64,000 bases of DNA from contig CAWGRY010000001.1 of the NCBI GenBank assembly GCA_963825165.1, positions 1,384 to 65,383 on the forward strand, given 5' to 3'. How positions within the stretch are numbered: position 1 is the first letter of the stretch; each line of letters opens with the position of its first letter. Of this stretch, positions 17,908-27,117 are shown piece by piece. This stretch comes from an uncultured Bacteroidales bacterium. GTDB lineage: Bacteria > Bacteroidota > Bacteroidia > Bacteroidales > VadinHA17. Below the pieces are notes generated by a model. That model worked only from the letters and a program-made list of their open reading frames with translations. It was not told the origin of the DNA and made no database searches. Position numbers and translations under genes: made by a program.

Positions 17908-18244
17908 AAGATTTGAAATCTGGCTAGCAGATTTAAACCCTCAAATAGGAACAGAACCTGGTAAAACAAGACCTGTGCTTGTAGTACAAACAAATCTCTT
18001 GAATAAAATACCTCACCCTTCTACGATAATCTGTCCTCTGACGACAAATATTCAGAAAGAATCTGAAATCTTAAGAGTACATATTAAAAAGGGCACTGCA
18101 AATCTTAACGAGAACTGCGATATAATGATTGATCAAGTGCGTGCAATTGATAACAAACGCTTAATCAAAAAACTAGGTGAATTACCCGAAAGCCTTGCGA
18201 CTAAAGTAAAAGAAAACTTGGCGATCACCATGGATCTAGACTAA
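17897..18244 (+). CDS. mazF: MazF/PemK family endoribonuclease toxin
   Basis: IWLADLNPQIGTEPGKTRPVLVVQ...IICPLTT...VDQVRAIDKKRL pattern is diagnostic of PemK/MazF. Confidence 0.85.
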   Translation: MQIKRFEIWLADLNPQIGTEPGKTRPVLVVQTNLLNKIPHPSTIICPLTTNIQKESEILRVHIKKGTANLNENCDIMIDQVRAIDNKRLIKKLGELPESLATKVKENLAITMDLD

Positions 18245-18252
18245 AGCACTCA

Positions 18253-18473
18253 GCACAACAGGTCGGTATATGCAATTGCCTTCCGGCCAGCGGGACAAAC
18301 ATCAAGGTATAAACCTTCCTATTCCCGCTGACCGGGCCACCGCGCTTGGTGTCATGGTTTTTGCCAACGTGATAACTTTGTAACGAAAACACATGCTTAC
18401 ACCGCAGATTGCCTGCAAAAACTCATGCCACCGCGATGCTGCGGCAACTGCACATACCGCCGGAACGTTAGGC
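18253..18473 (+). repeat. attC-like site, family A short form (221 bp)
   Basis: R'' GCACAAC 18253; R' GTTAGGC 18467; duplicate at 24637-24857. Confidence 0.85.
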
Positions 18474-18496
18474 CCAATATTAAATTGCTCCCCATA

Positions 18497-19468
18497 ATGA
18501 CAAAATCCGAGATAAGAGAGAAAATTTTCAATGCTTATGCTAACAATCTTGATTTAGTCGCAGAAAGATATAAGATACAATTTGGGCTTGAAATTAATAA
18601 TAAGCCTGAGTTAGTTGATTATCCAATTTATATCTGCCCATTATGTATAAAAGGTTTCAATATAGAGTCACTAAATCAAGATTGTCAGAATCCATTAACT
18701 ATAGAAGATTTACCACCTAGATCGGTAGGTGGAAATCCAAAAATCTTGACATGTAAAGCATGTAATAATAAATCCGGGCATGTACTTGATCATTTAATCA
18801 TTGGTTCATTAAAGACGGAATCATTTCTTAAAAGAATCCCAAATAGTGAAATAGCAAGCACAATTATATTAAAGAAAGGTGCTAAATATAAAGCTATTGC
18901 CAAAATAGACAGTGATCAAGGGTTCAGGTTCCTTATTCAGGCCAAAGACTCAACTATGTTAAAGGAACATTTTAAAGAAATTGAAAAGCATTGGGATGGT
19001 TATACATTCAATCTTAATTTTCAAGGTCCAAATCCCAAAAAACTAATGATTGCATATTTAAGAATTGGGTTGCTTCTCGCCTATTATTATTTTGGAAATA
19101 GACTAATTATCGAGGAAAATTACCATAAAATTAGAAATCATATAATTGATCCTAAGAATCATAGTCTACCACATGAAGGAGTATTAATAATTCCTCCAAG
19201 CCAGAATATCAAACCAGGGCTTCATATTTTGAAAGAGCCTGGAGATTTAAGATCTTATTTCATAACCTTTCAAGTAAAAACTAAAACCGTCACAAAAAAC
19301 ATCGGAATTCCATTTCCTGGCCCAAGTGAAATGGGCTGGAAAAGATATTCCAATTTCAAAAACTTGCCGGATACCACATTTTATTTTACTGATATAACTT
19401 CAAAAGAATACATTGAAAATAAGGGCTTTGTAGATGCCTATGATTACATTTATAATAATTTAAAATAA
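18497..19468 (+). CDS. HNH-like (possibly degenerate) zinc-finger protein, 323 aa (cassette)
   Basis: ATG 18497 lies outside the repeat. CPLC...LTIEDLPPRSVGGNPKILTCKACNNKSG resembles CxxC...EH.xP.s.GG...CxxCN of HNH nucleases, but with ED instead of EH. Confidence 0.4.
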   Translation: MTKSEIREKIFNAYANNLDLVAERYKIQFGLEINNKPELVDYPIYICPLCIKGFNIESLNQDCQNPLTIEDLPPRSVGGNPKILTCKACNNKSGHVLDHLIIGSLKTESFLKRIPNSEIASTIILKKGAKYKAIAKIDSDQGFRFLIQAKDSTMLKEHFKEIEKHWDGYTFNLNFQGPNPKKLMIAYLRIGLLLAYYYFGNRLIIEENYHKIRNHIIDPKNHSLPHEGVLIIPPSQNIKPGLHILKEPGDLRSYFITFQVKTKTVTKNIGIPFPGPSEMGWKRYSNFKNLPDTTFYFTDITSKEYIENKGFVDAYDYIYNNLK

Positions 19469-19474
19469 TACTGG

Positions 19475-19696
19475 GCCTAACATGTCGGTATATGCAATTG
19501 GCGCTCCGCACCGCGAGTATCTTCAGGCTAAAGAGGACCGTCTGGTGACCGGTGGTACGGCCTGCCCCGGCTCTAGCCGGGGACTCCCGCCTGGTGTCAC
19601 GGTTTTTGCCAACGCGAGAATTAAGTAATAACCGCATAACCTTGCATCGCATCACGATTGCAAAAACACGCGCCACCGCGACTCTGCGCCAACTGG
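19475..19696 (+). repeat. attC-like site, family A, 3'-truncated (L'/R' lost)
   Basis: R'' GCCTAAC 19475. Homology stops after ...ACTCTGCGCCAACTG at 19696 and runs into a gene 3' remnant. Confidence 0.75.
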
Positions 19697-19797
19697 AACT
19701 GCTAAAGAAGAATCCCGAAATCCTTGATGGCGATCAAAGAAAGTTCCGTTTGCTAAACCAATTATGGAGAAAACTTGGGTTAAGAAAAAAGCACTAG
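19697..19797 (+). pseudogene. 3' remnant of a lost cassette ORF (deletion scar)
   Basis: An open frame ...ELLKKNPEILDGDQRKFRLLNQLWRKLGLRKKH ends in a stop just before R'' CTATAAC 19798. No start codon or 5' part is present. Confidence 0.45.
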
Positions 19798-20040
19798 CTA
19801 TAACAGGTCGGTATATGTCATTGGCTTTCCGCACCGCGAGAACTTTCTGGCTAAAGAGGATAGTTAAGTGGTCGGCGGTGCGTCCCGCCCCGGCTCCCGC
19901 CGGGGACCCCCTCCTGGTGTCACGGTTATTGCTAACGCGAGAATAAACTAATAACCTCATATTTCTACACCGCACCACGAGTGCAAAAACACGCGCCACC
20001 GCAACTCTGCGCCAACGCCACATACCGCCGAACGTTAGAA
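19798..20040 (+). repeat. attC-like site, family A (243 bp)
   Basis: R'' CTATAAC 19798; R' GTTAGAA 20034. Confidence 0.85.
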
Positions 20041-20061
20041 CACATTTATAAACTGCATCTT

Positions 20062-20793
20062 ATGAAAAATGCCTCATATACCATTATAATTCTAATTCTG
20101 TCTTGTTCAAGTATAGATCTGTATTCTCAAAATGAATATGCAATTGAATCAGAAACTCACATTTTCTGGCAACCCAATCGTAAATTATTGATTACTGATT
20201 TTCAAGGAGGGAATTCAACCGACAGTAAGTTCAATAAAGACAAAGAATTAGGTAGATCAGTTATTCCTTGTCTTGGAATCTTTTTGAAAGTAGATATACC
20301 CAAAAACTATAGAAAGAATAAACTTGAAAAAGTATATTTTGCACCAGCTTTTCAAAAATCTTGCTCTTTCTTATTGGATAATGATACCTCCAATTTTAGA
20401 GATGCACAAATTCAATTTGACATGTATGAATTTGCTACTAGAATTGCCAGAAGAATTATCTGGGATACACATGCTAAAATGGCGATTGCAAATGATAGTG
20501 CTTTAATTGATATTATTATTAGTAATCCTGATACAATCTTGATAACCGGTCTTGGGAATATATTTGCTAGCCGAGCACGTGATTCAGCTATGAATTTTGC
20601 AAAAGAAATGACCAATGCATATCTTAATGACATGTACTTCAAAAATGATTCCACAGCTGCATCTTATGAAGATTGGCGATCGTTAATTGATAAAGGATTG
20701 AGAAATTCGGAGTGGTTTGCAACAAAACCTGAGGATTGTTATAGAATGATAAAAAATAAACCCATTCTTAAGAGATATAGGACAGCAAAGTAA
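20062..20793 (+). CDS. hypothetical secreted protein (cassette)
   Basis: ATG 20062; signal peptide MKNASYTIIILILSCSSIDLYSQ. Confidence 0.5.
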   Translation: MKNASYTIIILILSCSSIDLYSQNEYAIESETHIFWQPNRKLLITDFQGGNSTDSKFNKDKELGRSVIPCLGIFLKVDIPKNYRKNKLEKVYFAPAFQKSCSFLLDNDTSNFRDAQIQFDMYEFATRIARRIIWDTHAKMAIANDSALIDIIISNPDTILITGLGNIFASRARDSAMNFAKEMTNAYLNDMYFKNDSTAASYEDWRSLIDKGLRNSEWFATKPEDCYRMIKNKPILKRYRTAK

Positions 20794-20803
20794 TATAAAC
20801 GTG

Positions 20804-21047
20804 TTCTAACAGGTCGGTATATGTCATTGGCGCTCCGCACCGCGAGAACCTTCTGGCTAAAGAGGACCGTTAAGTGGTCGGCGGCGCGGCCTGCCCCGGC
20901 TCCCGCCGGGGACCCCCTCCTGGTGTCACGGTTTTTGCCAACGCGACAATAAACAAAACAACATCATAATCCTGCGTCGCACCACGAGTGCAAAAACGCG
21001 CGCCACCGCGACTCTGCGCCAACGCCACATACCGCCGAACGTTAGGC
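20804..21047 (+). repeat. attC-like site, family A (244 bp)
   Basis: R'' TTCTAAC 20804; R' GTTAGGC 21041. Confidence 0.85.
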
Positions 21048-21082
21048 GTCATAATTTCTATTGCTGCAAAGTATCTATCAAA

Positions 21083-21523
21083 ATGAAAAAAATAATCTTT
21101 TTATCTGCGCTCTTTCTAATTTTCGCCCTCTCAATCGTCAATTGCAAGAAGGACGACCCCGTTGATATTGTTCTGCATGATAAATCTTTAAAGACTATTC
21201 AGCAGTACATACACGGGCAATGGAGATTAGTTTATTCGAAAACAGGTTCTACCAGGTATCCTTGCGATAATTGTAGTGTTGAATTTACCCAGGATGATAA
21301 ATTTATAAGCAATGTCTTGACAATTTATGTAACGCCATATTCTATTATCTGGGTTAAAGACAAAGGTATGTTTCTTAATGGAGATTCTACTTTTCTAATG
21401 ACCATAGGCCACGAATTTGGATATTCTCAATCTTTTGTAATTGACAAAATTATTAATGACACTCTAATATTTTATGAAAACTTTGAATTTCCATATTCAT
21501 ACTATTGCGTAAAATCGAGATAA
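21083..21523 (+). CDS. hypothetical lipoprotein (duplicate of 10145-10585)
   Basis: 146 aa, one substitution relative to the first copy. Confidence 0.55.
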   Translation: MKKIIFLSALFLIFALSIVNCKKDDPVDIVLHDKSLKTIQQYIHGQWRLVYSKTGSTRYPCDNCSVEFTQDDKFISNVLTIYVTPYSIIWVKDKGMFLNGDSTFLMTIGHEFGYSQSFVIDKIINDTLIFYENFEFPYSYYCVKSR

Positions 21524-21571
21524 TATGCCTTCTTAAAATGCAATTAATCAGTGACAAATAAAATTACGAAC

Positions 21572-21793
21572 GCCTAACAGGTCGGTATATGCAATTGCCT
21601 TCCGGCCAGCGGGACAAACATTAAGGTATAAATCTTCCTATTCCCGCTGTCCGGGCTACCACACTTGGTGTCATGGTTTTTGCCAACGCGATAACTTTGT
21701 AACGAAAAACATAATCTTGCACCGCAGTTTACCTGCAAAAACTCATGCCACCGCGATGCTGCGGCAACTGCACATACCGCCGGAACGTTACCA
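21572..21793 (+). repeat. attC-like site, family A short form (222 bp)
   Basis: R'' GCCTAAC 21572; R' GTTACCA 21787. Confidence 0.85.
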
Positions 21794-21832
21794 GCAAGCC
21801 TAAAAAAACGAATAATATTAAAGTAATTAGAA

Positions 21833-22897
21833 ATGAAACAAAAATTAAAACTAATTTGCAAATTATTGTTTTGTATATTGATACTAAACATAACCACTGC
21901 TCAAGCACAGGATATTAAGAAAGGAAATAGTCAAGCAATTGAACAAGGGGAGAAAACCATTCCTGTAACTTGGGAAAACTTTGTACGTGCTGAAACACAC
22001 AAAATGTTTAAGAACTATGCTGCAATCGGAGGATTTGGCAAGTTTTTCCATATCCGTGCTGTTACATCAATTGATAAGCAGGATGTTATCCGTCTGAATC
22101 GCGATACACGGTATTCCATAGGAGTATTTGATTTAACAAATCCACTTTCTGTAACCCTACCCGATACCAAGGGTAGGTTTATTTCCATGCAGGTTATCAA
22201 CGAAGATGAATACACCAAAGCAGTGCATTACAATCCTGGTAGATATAAATTCAATCGTGAAAGTATAGGCACACGTTACGTTTGTCTGATTGTCCGTGTT
22301 TTGGTGAATGGCGAAGACGAAACCGATAACCAAATTGTTACGGAAATCCAAAACCAGATTACAGTTGAGCAAGTTTCTCCAGGGACATTTGAAGTACCAA
22401 ACTGGGATAAAGCCACACAGGATAAACTAAGAGATGCGATCAATGTATTAGCTTCAACATTAACCGATACAAAACTATGTTTCGGGGATAAACATGAAGT
22501 TGACCCAATCGCCCACTTGCTGGGTGCCGCATACGGATGGGGAGGTAATCCTGTAAAAGATGCCATGTACATCAATGTAATTCCCGAACAAAATAACGGT
22601 AAAACACCCTACCAATTAAAGGTAAAAGATGTTCCGGTCGATGGCTTTTGGTCGGTAAGTGTTTACAACAAAGAAGGTTATTTCGAACAGAACACCTATA
22701 ATTCCTATACCGTTAACAATACAAGTGCTGATAAAGATGTTGATGGAAGCATTACGATTAATTTTGGGGGCGACCCGAAACAAACCAATTTTATTCCCAT
22801 AACAGAAGGATGGAATTATACTGTTCGCCTTTACAAAGCCCGTTCAGAGTTACTTGATGGCTTGTGGGTGTTCCCAAAACCTGAAAAAGTTAATTAA
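21833..22897 (+). CDS. DUF1254/DUF1214-family secreted protein
   Basis: Signal peptide, then NFVRAETH...LNRDTRYS...FDL...P..L..PD..GRF.S.Q and C-terminal VDGFWSVSVYN...Y, matching my recollection of DUF1254 plus DUF1214. Visibly less AT-rich than neighbouring cassettes. Confidence 0.55.
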   Translation: MKQKLKLICKLLFCILILNITTAQAQDIKKGNSQAIEQGEKTIPVTWENFVRAETHKMFKNYAAIGGFGKFFHIRAVTSIDKQDVIRLNRDTRYSIGVFDLTNPLSVTLPDTKGRFISMQVINEDEYTKAVHYNPGRYKFNRESIGTRYVCLIVRVLVNGEDETDNQIVTEIQNQITVEQVSPGTFEVPNWDKATQDKLRDAINVLASTLTDTKLCFGDKHEVDPIAHLLGAAYGWGGNPVKDAMYINVIPEQNNGKTPYQLKVKDVPVDGFWSVSVYNKEGYFEQNTYNSYTVNNTSADKDVDGSITINFGGDPKQTNFIPITEGWNYTVRLYKARSELLDGLWVFPKPEKVN

Positions 22898-22926
22898 CCA
22901 AATTCAAATAATAAAATTTTAAAAGT

Positions 22927-23754
22927 ATGAAAACCTCAACATTTATTTTAGCGATTGCTTTAGCTTTTGTTGTCGCCTCGTGTGGCAATAAAGCCGGCAA
23001 ATCTGACAAACAAAATGAGTCAAAAGATTCAACAATGGCAATAAACGTTTTGAAAGCTGGTGAAGGTGCTAAAACAATGCGTTTCGAGAACATGTACCAG
23101 ACACGGTTCATCGAGTTCTTCTTCGCTATGCGAGATTCAGCAACGGGAAAAATGGTTGCCCCTTGTTTTAATTCTATGTGTACATCCGCCTTGTCAAAGG
23201 ATAGCACTAAGATGAAAGACACCTCCCCTCAGAATTTGGTAGAAGGCCTTGATATGGATTCTCTTGCTAAGGAATACGGTGTACTCAGCGTGTTCTTGAA
23301 CGGTCCAAAATTATGGATGCCTGATTGGGTTGAAATTGAAGTGGGCAAGGAAATCGTATCTAACGGTATAACACTGGGTTGGATTGCTCAACTTGCCCTT
23401 CCTGAAAATGGACGTGTTGCAGAAACACCTTATGAACCCATGAAAATTGCACGCACGAGCAAATGGGGTTGGAAAAAGGGACAAAAAACAATTCTCCTTG
23501 ATGATTCTGAAGGCAATACCTGGGTGTTGAAAGGATTCCAACTGGGTCTTAAACCTGTACAGAGTTATGATGAATTCCTTGCAAAAGGTGCCGACAATTA
23601 CAAAAACCTACCTGCAGGCTGGAAAGTCCGGATCACTACTCTAACGGAAGATTTAATCGAAATCCCGGCAACAGGTGTGGCCACGATCATGACAGACGAG
23701 ATGCAAAACGTATGGGACATGTGTGGGCCTGGTATGACCAATTATATTCCATAG
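22927..23754 (+). CDS. hypothetical lipoprotein (second gene of the same cassette)
   Basis: MKTSTFILAIALAFVVASC lipobox. No repeat lies between it and 21833-22897. Confidence 0.5.
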   Translation: MKTSTFILAIALAFVVASCGNKAGKSDKQNESKDSTMAINVLKAGEGAKTMRFENMYQTRFIEFFFAMRDSATGKMVAPCFNSMCTSALSKDSTKMKDTSPQNLVEGLDMDSLAKEYGVLSVFLNGPKLWMPDWVEIEVGKEIVSNGITLGWIAQLALPENGRVAETPYEPMKIARTSKWGWKKGQKTILLDDSEGNTWVLKGFQLGLKPVQSYDEFLAKGADNYKNLPAGWKVRITTLTEDLIEIPATGVATIMTDEMQNVWDMCGPGMTNYIP

Positions 23755-23840
23755 TATTAAGACATTAAGACCAGTTCTGATTATATTAAATTATAAGAAT
23801 TGATAAAAATCTTTATAAAATCAAATTGACAAAGGCCAGC

Positions 23841-23970
23841 TGGTAACACACAATATAGCCAATAAGGGTTTCATTGGTCTGCGAAGGTTTGTAGCCCGCT
23901 TCAACTTTCCGTGTACCTTGTTAGGAAATCGCCCGCAATCCCTTACTGGCCATATTGTCAAACGTTGTGC
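23841..23970 (+). repeat. attC-like site, family D, classical size (130 bp)
   Basis: R'' TGGTAAC 23841 plus ACAATATAGCCAATAAGGG. CCCTTACTGGCCATATTGT plus R' GTTGTGC 23964. This is the only site in the array within the classical attC length range. Confidence 0.8.
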
Positions 23971-24060
23971 TGAATGCGAAGTGAACCCTGATTAATATTT
24001 TTATAATATACTTGCAGTATATACTATTTTTATATACCTTTGCAGAATAATATTCATATC

Positions 24061-24291
24061 ATGAAAACAGTTTCATTAAAAATTGACGACTCAATCTTCG
24101 GAGAAACCGAGAATATACTCTCCAAGATCAAGAAGCCGAGAAATAGGTACATTAACGAGGCTCTCGAATATTATAATAGAATTCAGAGACGTAAAATCTT
24201 AGAATCAAGGCTTAAGAAAGAATCTGCCTTAGTAAAAGGTGATTCTCTTTCTGTACTTAATGAATTCGAGGAGATAGATTATGCAAATTAA
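24061..24291 (+). CDS. antitoxin of MazF/PemK module (duplicate)
   Basis: Identical to 17677-17907. Confidence 0.65.
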   Translation: MKTVSLKIDDSIFGETENILSKIKKPRNRYINEALEYYNRIQRRKILESRLKKESALVKGDSLSVLNEFEEIDYAN

Positions 24292-24628
24292 AAGATTTGA
24301 AATCTGGCTAGCAGATTTAAACCCTCAAATAGGAACAGAACCTGGTAAAACAAGACCTGTGCTTGTAGTACAAACAAATCTCTTGAATAAAATACCTCAC
24401 CCTTCTACGATAATCTGTCCTCTGACGACAAATATTCAGAAAGAATCTGAAATCTTAAGAGTACATATTAAAAAGGGCACTGCAAATCTTAACGAGAACT
24501 GCGATATAATGATTGATCAAGTGCGTGCAATTGATAACAAACGCTTAATCAAAAAACTAGGTGAATTACCCGAAAGCCTTGCGACTAAAGTAAAAGAAAA
24601 CTTGGCGATCACCATGGATCTAGACTAA
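24281..24628 (+). CDS. mazF: MazF/PemK family toxin (duplicate)
   Basis: Identical to 17897-18244. Confidence 0.85.
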   Translation: MQIKRFEIWLADLNPQIGTEPGKTRPVLVVQTNLLNKIPHPSTIICPLTTNIQKESEILRVHIKKGTANLNENCDIMIDQVRAIDNKRLIKKLGELPESLATKVKENLAITMDLD

Positions 24629-24636
24629 AGCACTCA

Positions 24637-24857
24637 GCACAACAGGTCGGTATATGCAATTGCCTTCCGGCCAGCGGGACAAACATCAAGGTATAAACCT
24701 TCCTATTCCCGCTGACCGGGCCACCGCACTTGGTGTCATGGTTTTTGCCAACGTGATAACTTTGTAACGAAAACACATGCTTACACCGCAGATTGCCTGC
24801 AAAAACTCATGCCACCGCGATGCTGCGGCAACTGCACATACCGCCGGAACGTTACCG
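24637..24857 (+). repeat. attC-like site, family A short form (221 bp)
   Basis: R'' GCACAAC 24637; R' GTTACCG 24851. Confidence 0.85.
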
Positions 24858-24909
24858 TGCATTAATAACCTCGTACTCCTGTTTTCACTACTTTTGAGAA
24901 AAAGTATCA

Positions 24910-25902
24910 ATGACTAACTCTGAAATCAACATATTCAAGGCAAAAGACGGTAAAACTGAGATTCAGGTAAAACTCGACAACGACACAGTCTGGCTGAATC
25001 AATACCAACTAGAAGATTTATTTCAAACAGACAGATCTTCAATCAACAGACATATCTCAAACATCTATAGATCACAAGAATTAAAAGAGAGGTCAACATG
25101 TGCATTTTTTGCACAAGTTCAAAAAGAAGGTGGTAGAGAAGTAACTAGAAAAATTAAATACTATAATCTTGATTTGATTATCTCAGTAGGATATAGAGTT
25201 AACTCTAAACGCGGGGTTGAATTCCGTATCTGGGCAAGCAAAATCTTGAAAGACTACCTCATTAAAGGGTATGCACTTAATCAGAAAAGGCTTTCGCAAC
25301 AGAATGAGCAACTTCGTGAGCTTCAGAATGCAGTAAAGATTATCAGTAAAGTATTGAATTACAAAGTTCTTGAAAACTCTGAAAGCACAGAACTTATAAA
25401 GATAATTGCGGACTATGCTTACGGCCTTGAAATATTGGATCAATATGATTACCATAAACTTGAAATACAGAGTACCTCAGGTAAAGAAACATACCAATTA
25501 ACATACACCGAGGCAATTGAAAAAATCAACCATGTAAGAATAGCGTTTTCTAATAGTGATTTATTTGGAATTGAGAAAGATAACTCTCTAAAAAGCTCGG
25601 TAAGTACAATTTATCAAACATTTGATGGAGTTGATCTTTACCCAAGCATTGAAGAAAAGGCTGCTAACTTACTATATTTCATCACAAAGAATCACTCATT
25701 TGTTGACGGCAATAAAAGAATAGCTGCCTTCCTATTCCTATATTTTCTTGAACGTAACGGCATACTTTACGACAGCTCAGGTAATAAAAGGATTGCAGAC
25801 AATGCACTGGTAGCACTGACATTAATGATTGCTGTAAGTAAGCCGGAAGAAAAGGATACGATGATTAAGGTGATTGTAAATTTGATAAATAGAAGAAATT
25901 AA
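24910..25902 (+). CDS. RhuM-like N-terminal domain fused to Fic/Doc domain (cassette)
   Basis: The N-terminal IQVKLDNDTVWLNQ.QL..LF......I..HI.NIY...EL and YYNLDLIISVGYRVNS.RG..FR.WA resemble RhuM-family proteins. The C-terminal HSFVDGNKRIAAF is the Fic/Doc HxFx(D/E)GNKR motif. TACTTTTG at 24889-24896 lies upstream. Confidence 0.7.
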   Translation: MTNSEINIFKAKDGKTEIQVKLDNDTVWLNQYQLEDLFQTDRSSINRHISNIYRSQELKERSTCAFFAQVQKEGGREVTRKIKYYNLDLIISVGYRVNSKRGVEFRIWASKILKDYLIKGYALNQKRLSQQNEQLRELQNAVKIISKVLNYKVLENSESTELIKIIADYAYGLEILDQYDYHKLEIQSTSGKETYQLTYTEAIEKINHVRIAFSNSDLFGIEKDNSLKSSVSTIYQTFDGVDLYPSIEEKAANLLYFITKNHSFVDGNKRIAAFLFLYFLERNGILYDSSGNKRIADNALVALTLMIAVSKPEEKDTMIKVIVNLINRRN

Positions 25903-25906
25903 CGCA

Positions 25907-26148
25907 CGGTAACAGGTCGGTATATGTCATTGGCGCTCCGTGGCGCGACAATGGGGTAGCTACAGAGGCGATTTTGTGGCTTGCGCCACGGCCTGCCCCG
26001 GCTCTCGCCGGGGACCCCCTCCTGGTGTCACGGTTTTTGCCACCGCGAGAATAAAGTAATAACCGCATAGCCCTGCATCGCACCACGAGTGCAAAAATAC
26101 GCGCCACCGCGACTCTGCGCCAACGCCACATACCGCCGAACGTTAGGC
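25907..26148 (+). repeat. attC-like site, family A (242 bp)
   Basis: R'' CGGTAAC 25907; R' GTTAGGC 26142. Confidence 0.85.
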
Positions 26149-26223
26149 TGCATGTCAAGCGAATGTCGTTTGCATGATAAATAAAAAATACTTACTTTTG
26201 TCGTTAGTAACGTTAAACGTAAT

Positions 26224-26508
26224 ATGATTACTTCATTTGGGTCAAAAGAGACTGAGAAAATTTGGCACGGTGACCGTGTAAAAAACATGCCTCCAGAGAT
26301 CCAAATGATTGGCAGAAGAAAACTAAGAATGTTAAATAACTCTCAAAACCTTAACGATCTCAGGGTCCCTCCTTCCAATAAGTTAGAAAAGTTGAGCGGT
26401 AAAATGAATAATCTTTATAGCATTCGCATTAATGATCAATGGAGAATAACATTTAATTGGGACGATGGACTAGCAAGTGAGGTTACAATTATTGACTATC
26501 ATAAATAA
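26224..26508 (+). CDS. higB: HigB-type toxin (duplicate)
   Basis: Identical to 13777-14061. Confidence 0.8.
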   Translation: MITSFGSKETEKIWHGDRVKNMPPEIQMIGRRKLRMLNNSQNLNDLRVPPSNKLEKLSGKMNNLYSIRINDQWRITFNWDDGLASEVTIIDYHK

Positions 26509-26513
26509 GTGAC

Positions 26514-26813
26514 ATGGAAACTTTACCAAATATACACCCCGGAGAAGTGCTTCTTGAAGAATTCCTGAAGCCTATGAGTATTTCTGCTTACAGATTATCA
26601 AAAGACATCGGAATTCCTCAGACAAGAACTTCTGAGATAATAAAGGGTGCCAGAAGAATAACGGCTGATACTGCTCTCAGGCTCAGTTACTATTTTGGTA
26701 ATTCTGCAAAATTCTGGCTCGGTCTTCAAAATGATTACGATATAGAAGAAGAAAAGAAGACCAAAAAGGACGAGTTTAAAAGCATTAAAAAAGCAAAACA
26801 ACACGCAGCCTAA
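26514..26813 (+). CDS. higA: HigA-type antitoxin (duplicate)
   Basis: Identical to 14067-14366. Confidence 0.85.
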   Translation: METLPNIHPGEVLLEEFLKPMSISAYRLSKDIGIPQTRTSEIIKGARRITADTALRLSYYFGNSAKFWLGLQNDYDIEEEKKTKKDEFKSIKKAKQHAA

Positions 26814-27099
26814 CAGGTCGGTATATGCAATTGCCTTCCGGCTGGTTTTTGCGCGCTGATCCGTTAGACCAACACACCAAAACCAGTTGGTGCTTTATCG
26901 GCCCGGCTTTGCGGCTAAAGCCACCGGGCAAAAACCAGCCAGGCTGCCCCGGCTGCCGCCGGGATCTCCCCTCTGGTGTCATGGTTTTTGCCAACGCGAT
27001 AAATTTGTAACGAAAAGCACAATCCTACACCACAGCTTACCTGCAAAAACACATGCCACCGCGATACAAGGCAACTGCACATACCGCCAAACGTTAGGC
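26808..27099 (+). repeat. attC-like site, family A long form (292 bp)
   Basis: R'' GCCTAAC 26808; R' GTTAGGC 27093. Confidence 0.85.
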
Positions 27100-27117
27100 A
27101 TTATTAACCGCTAACAA

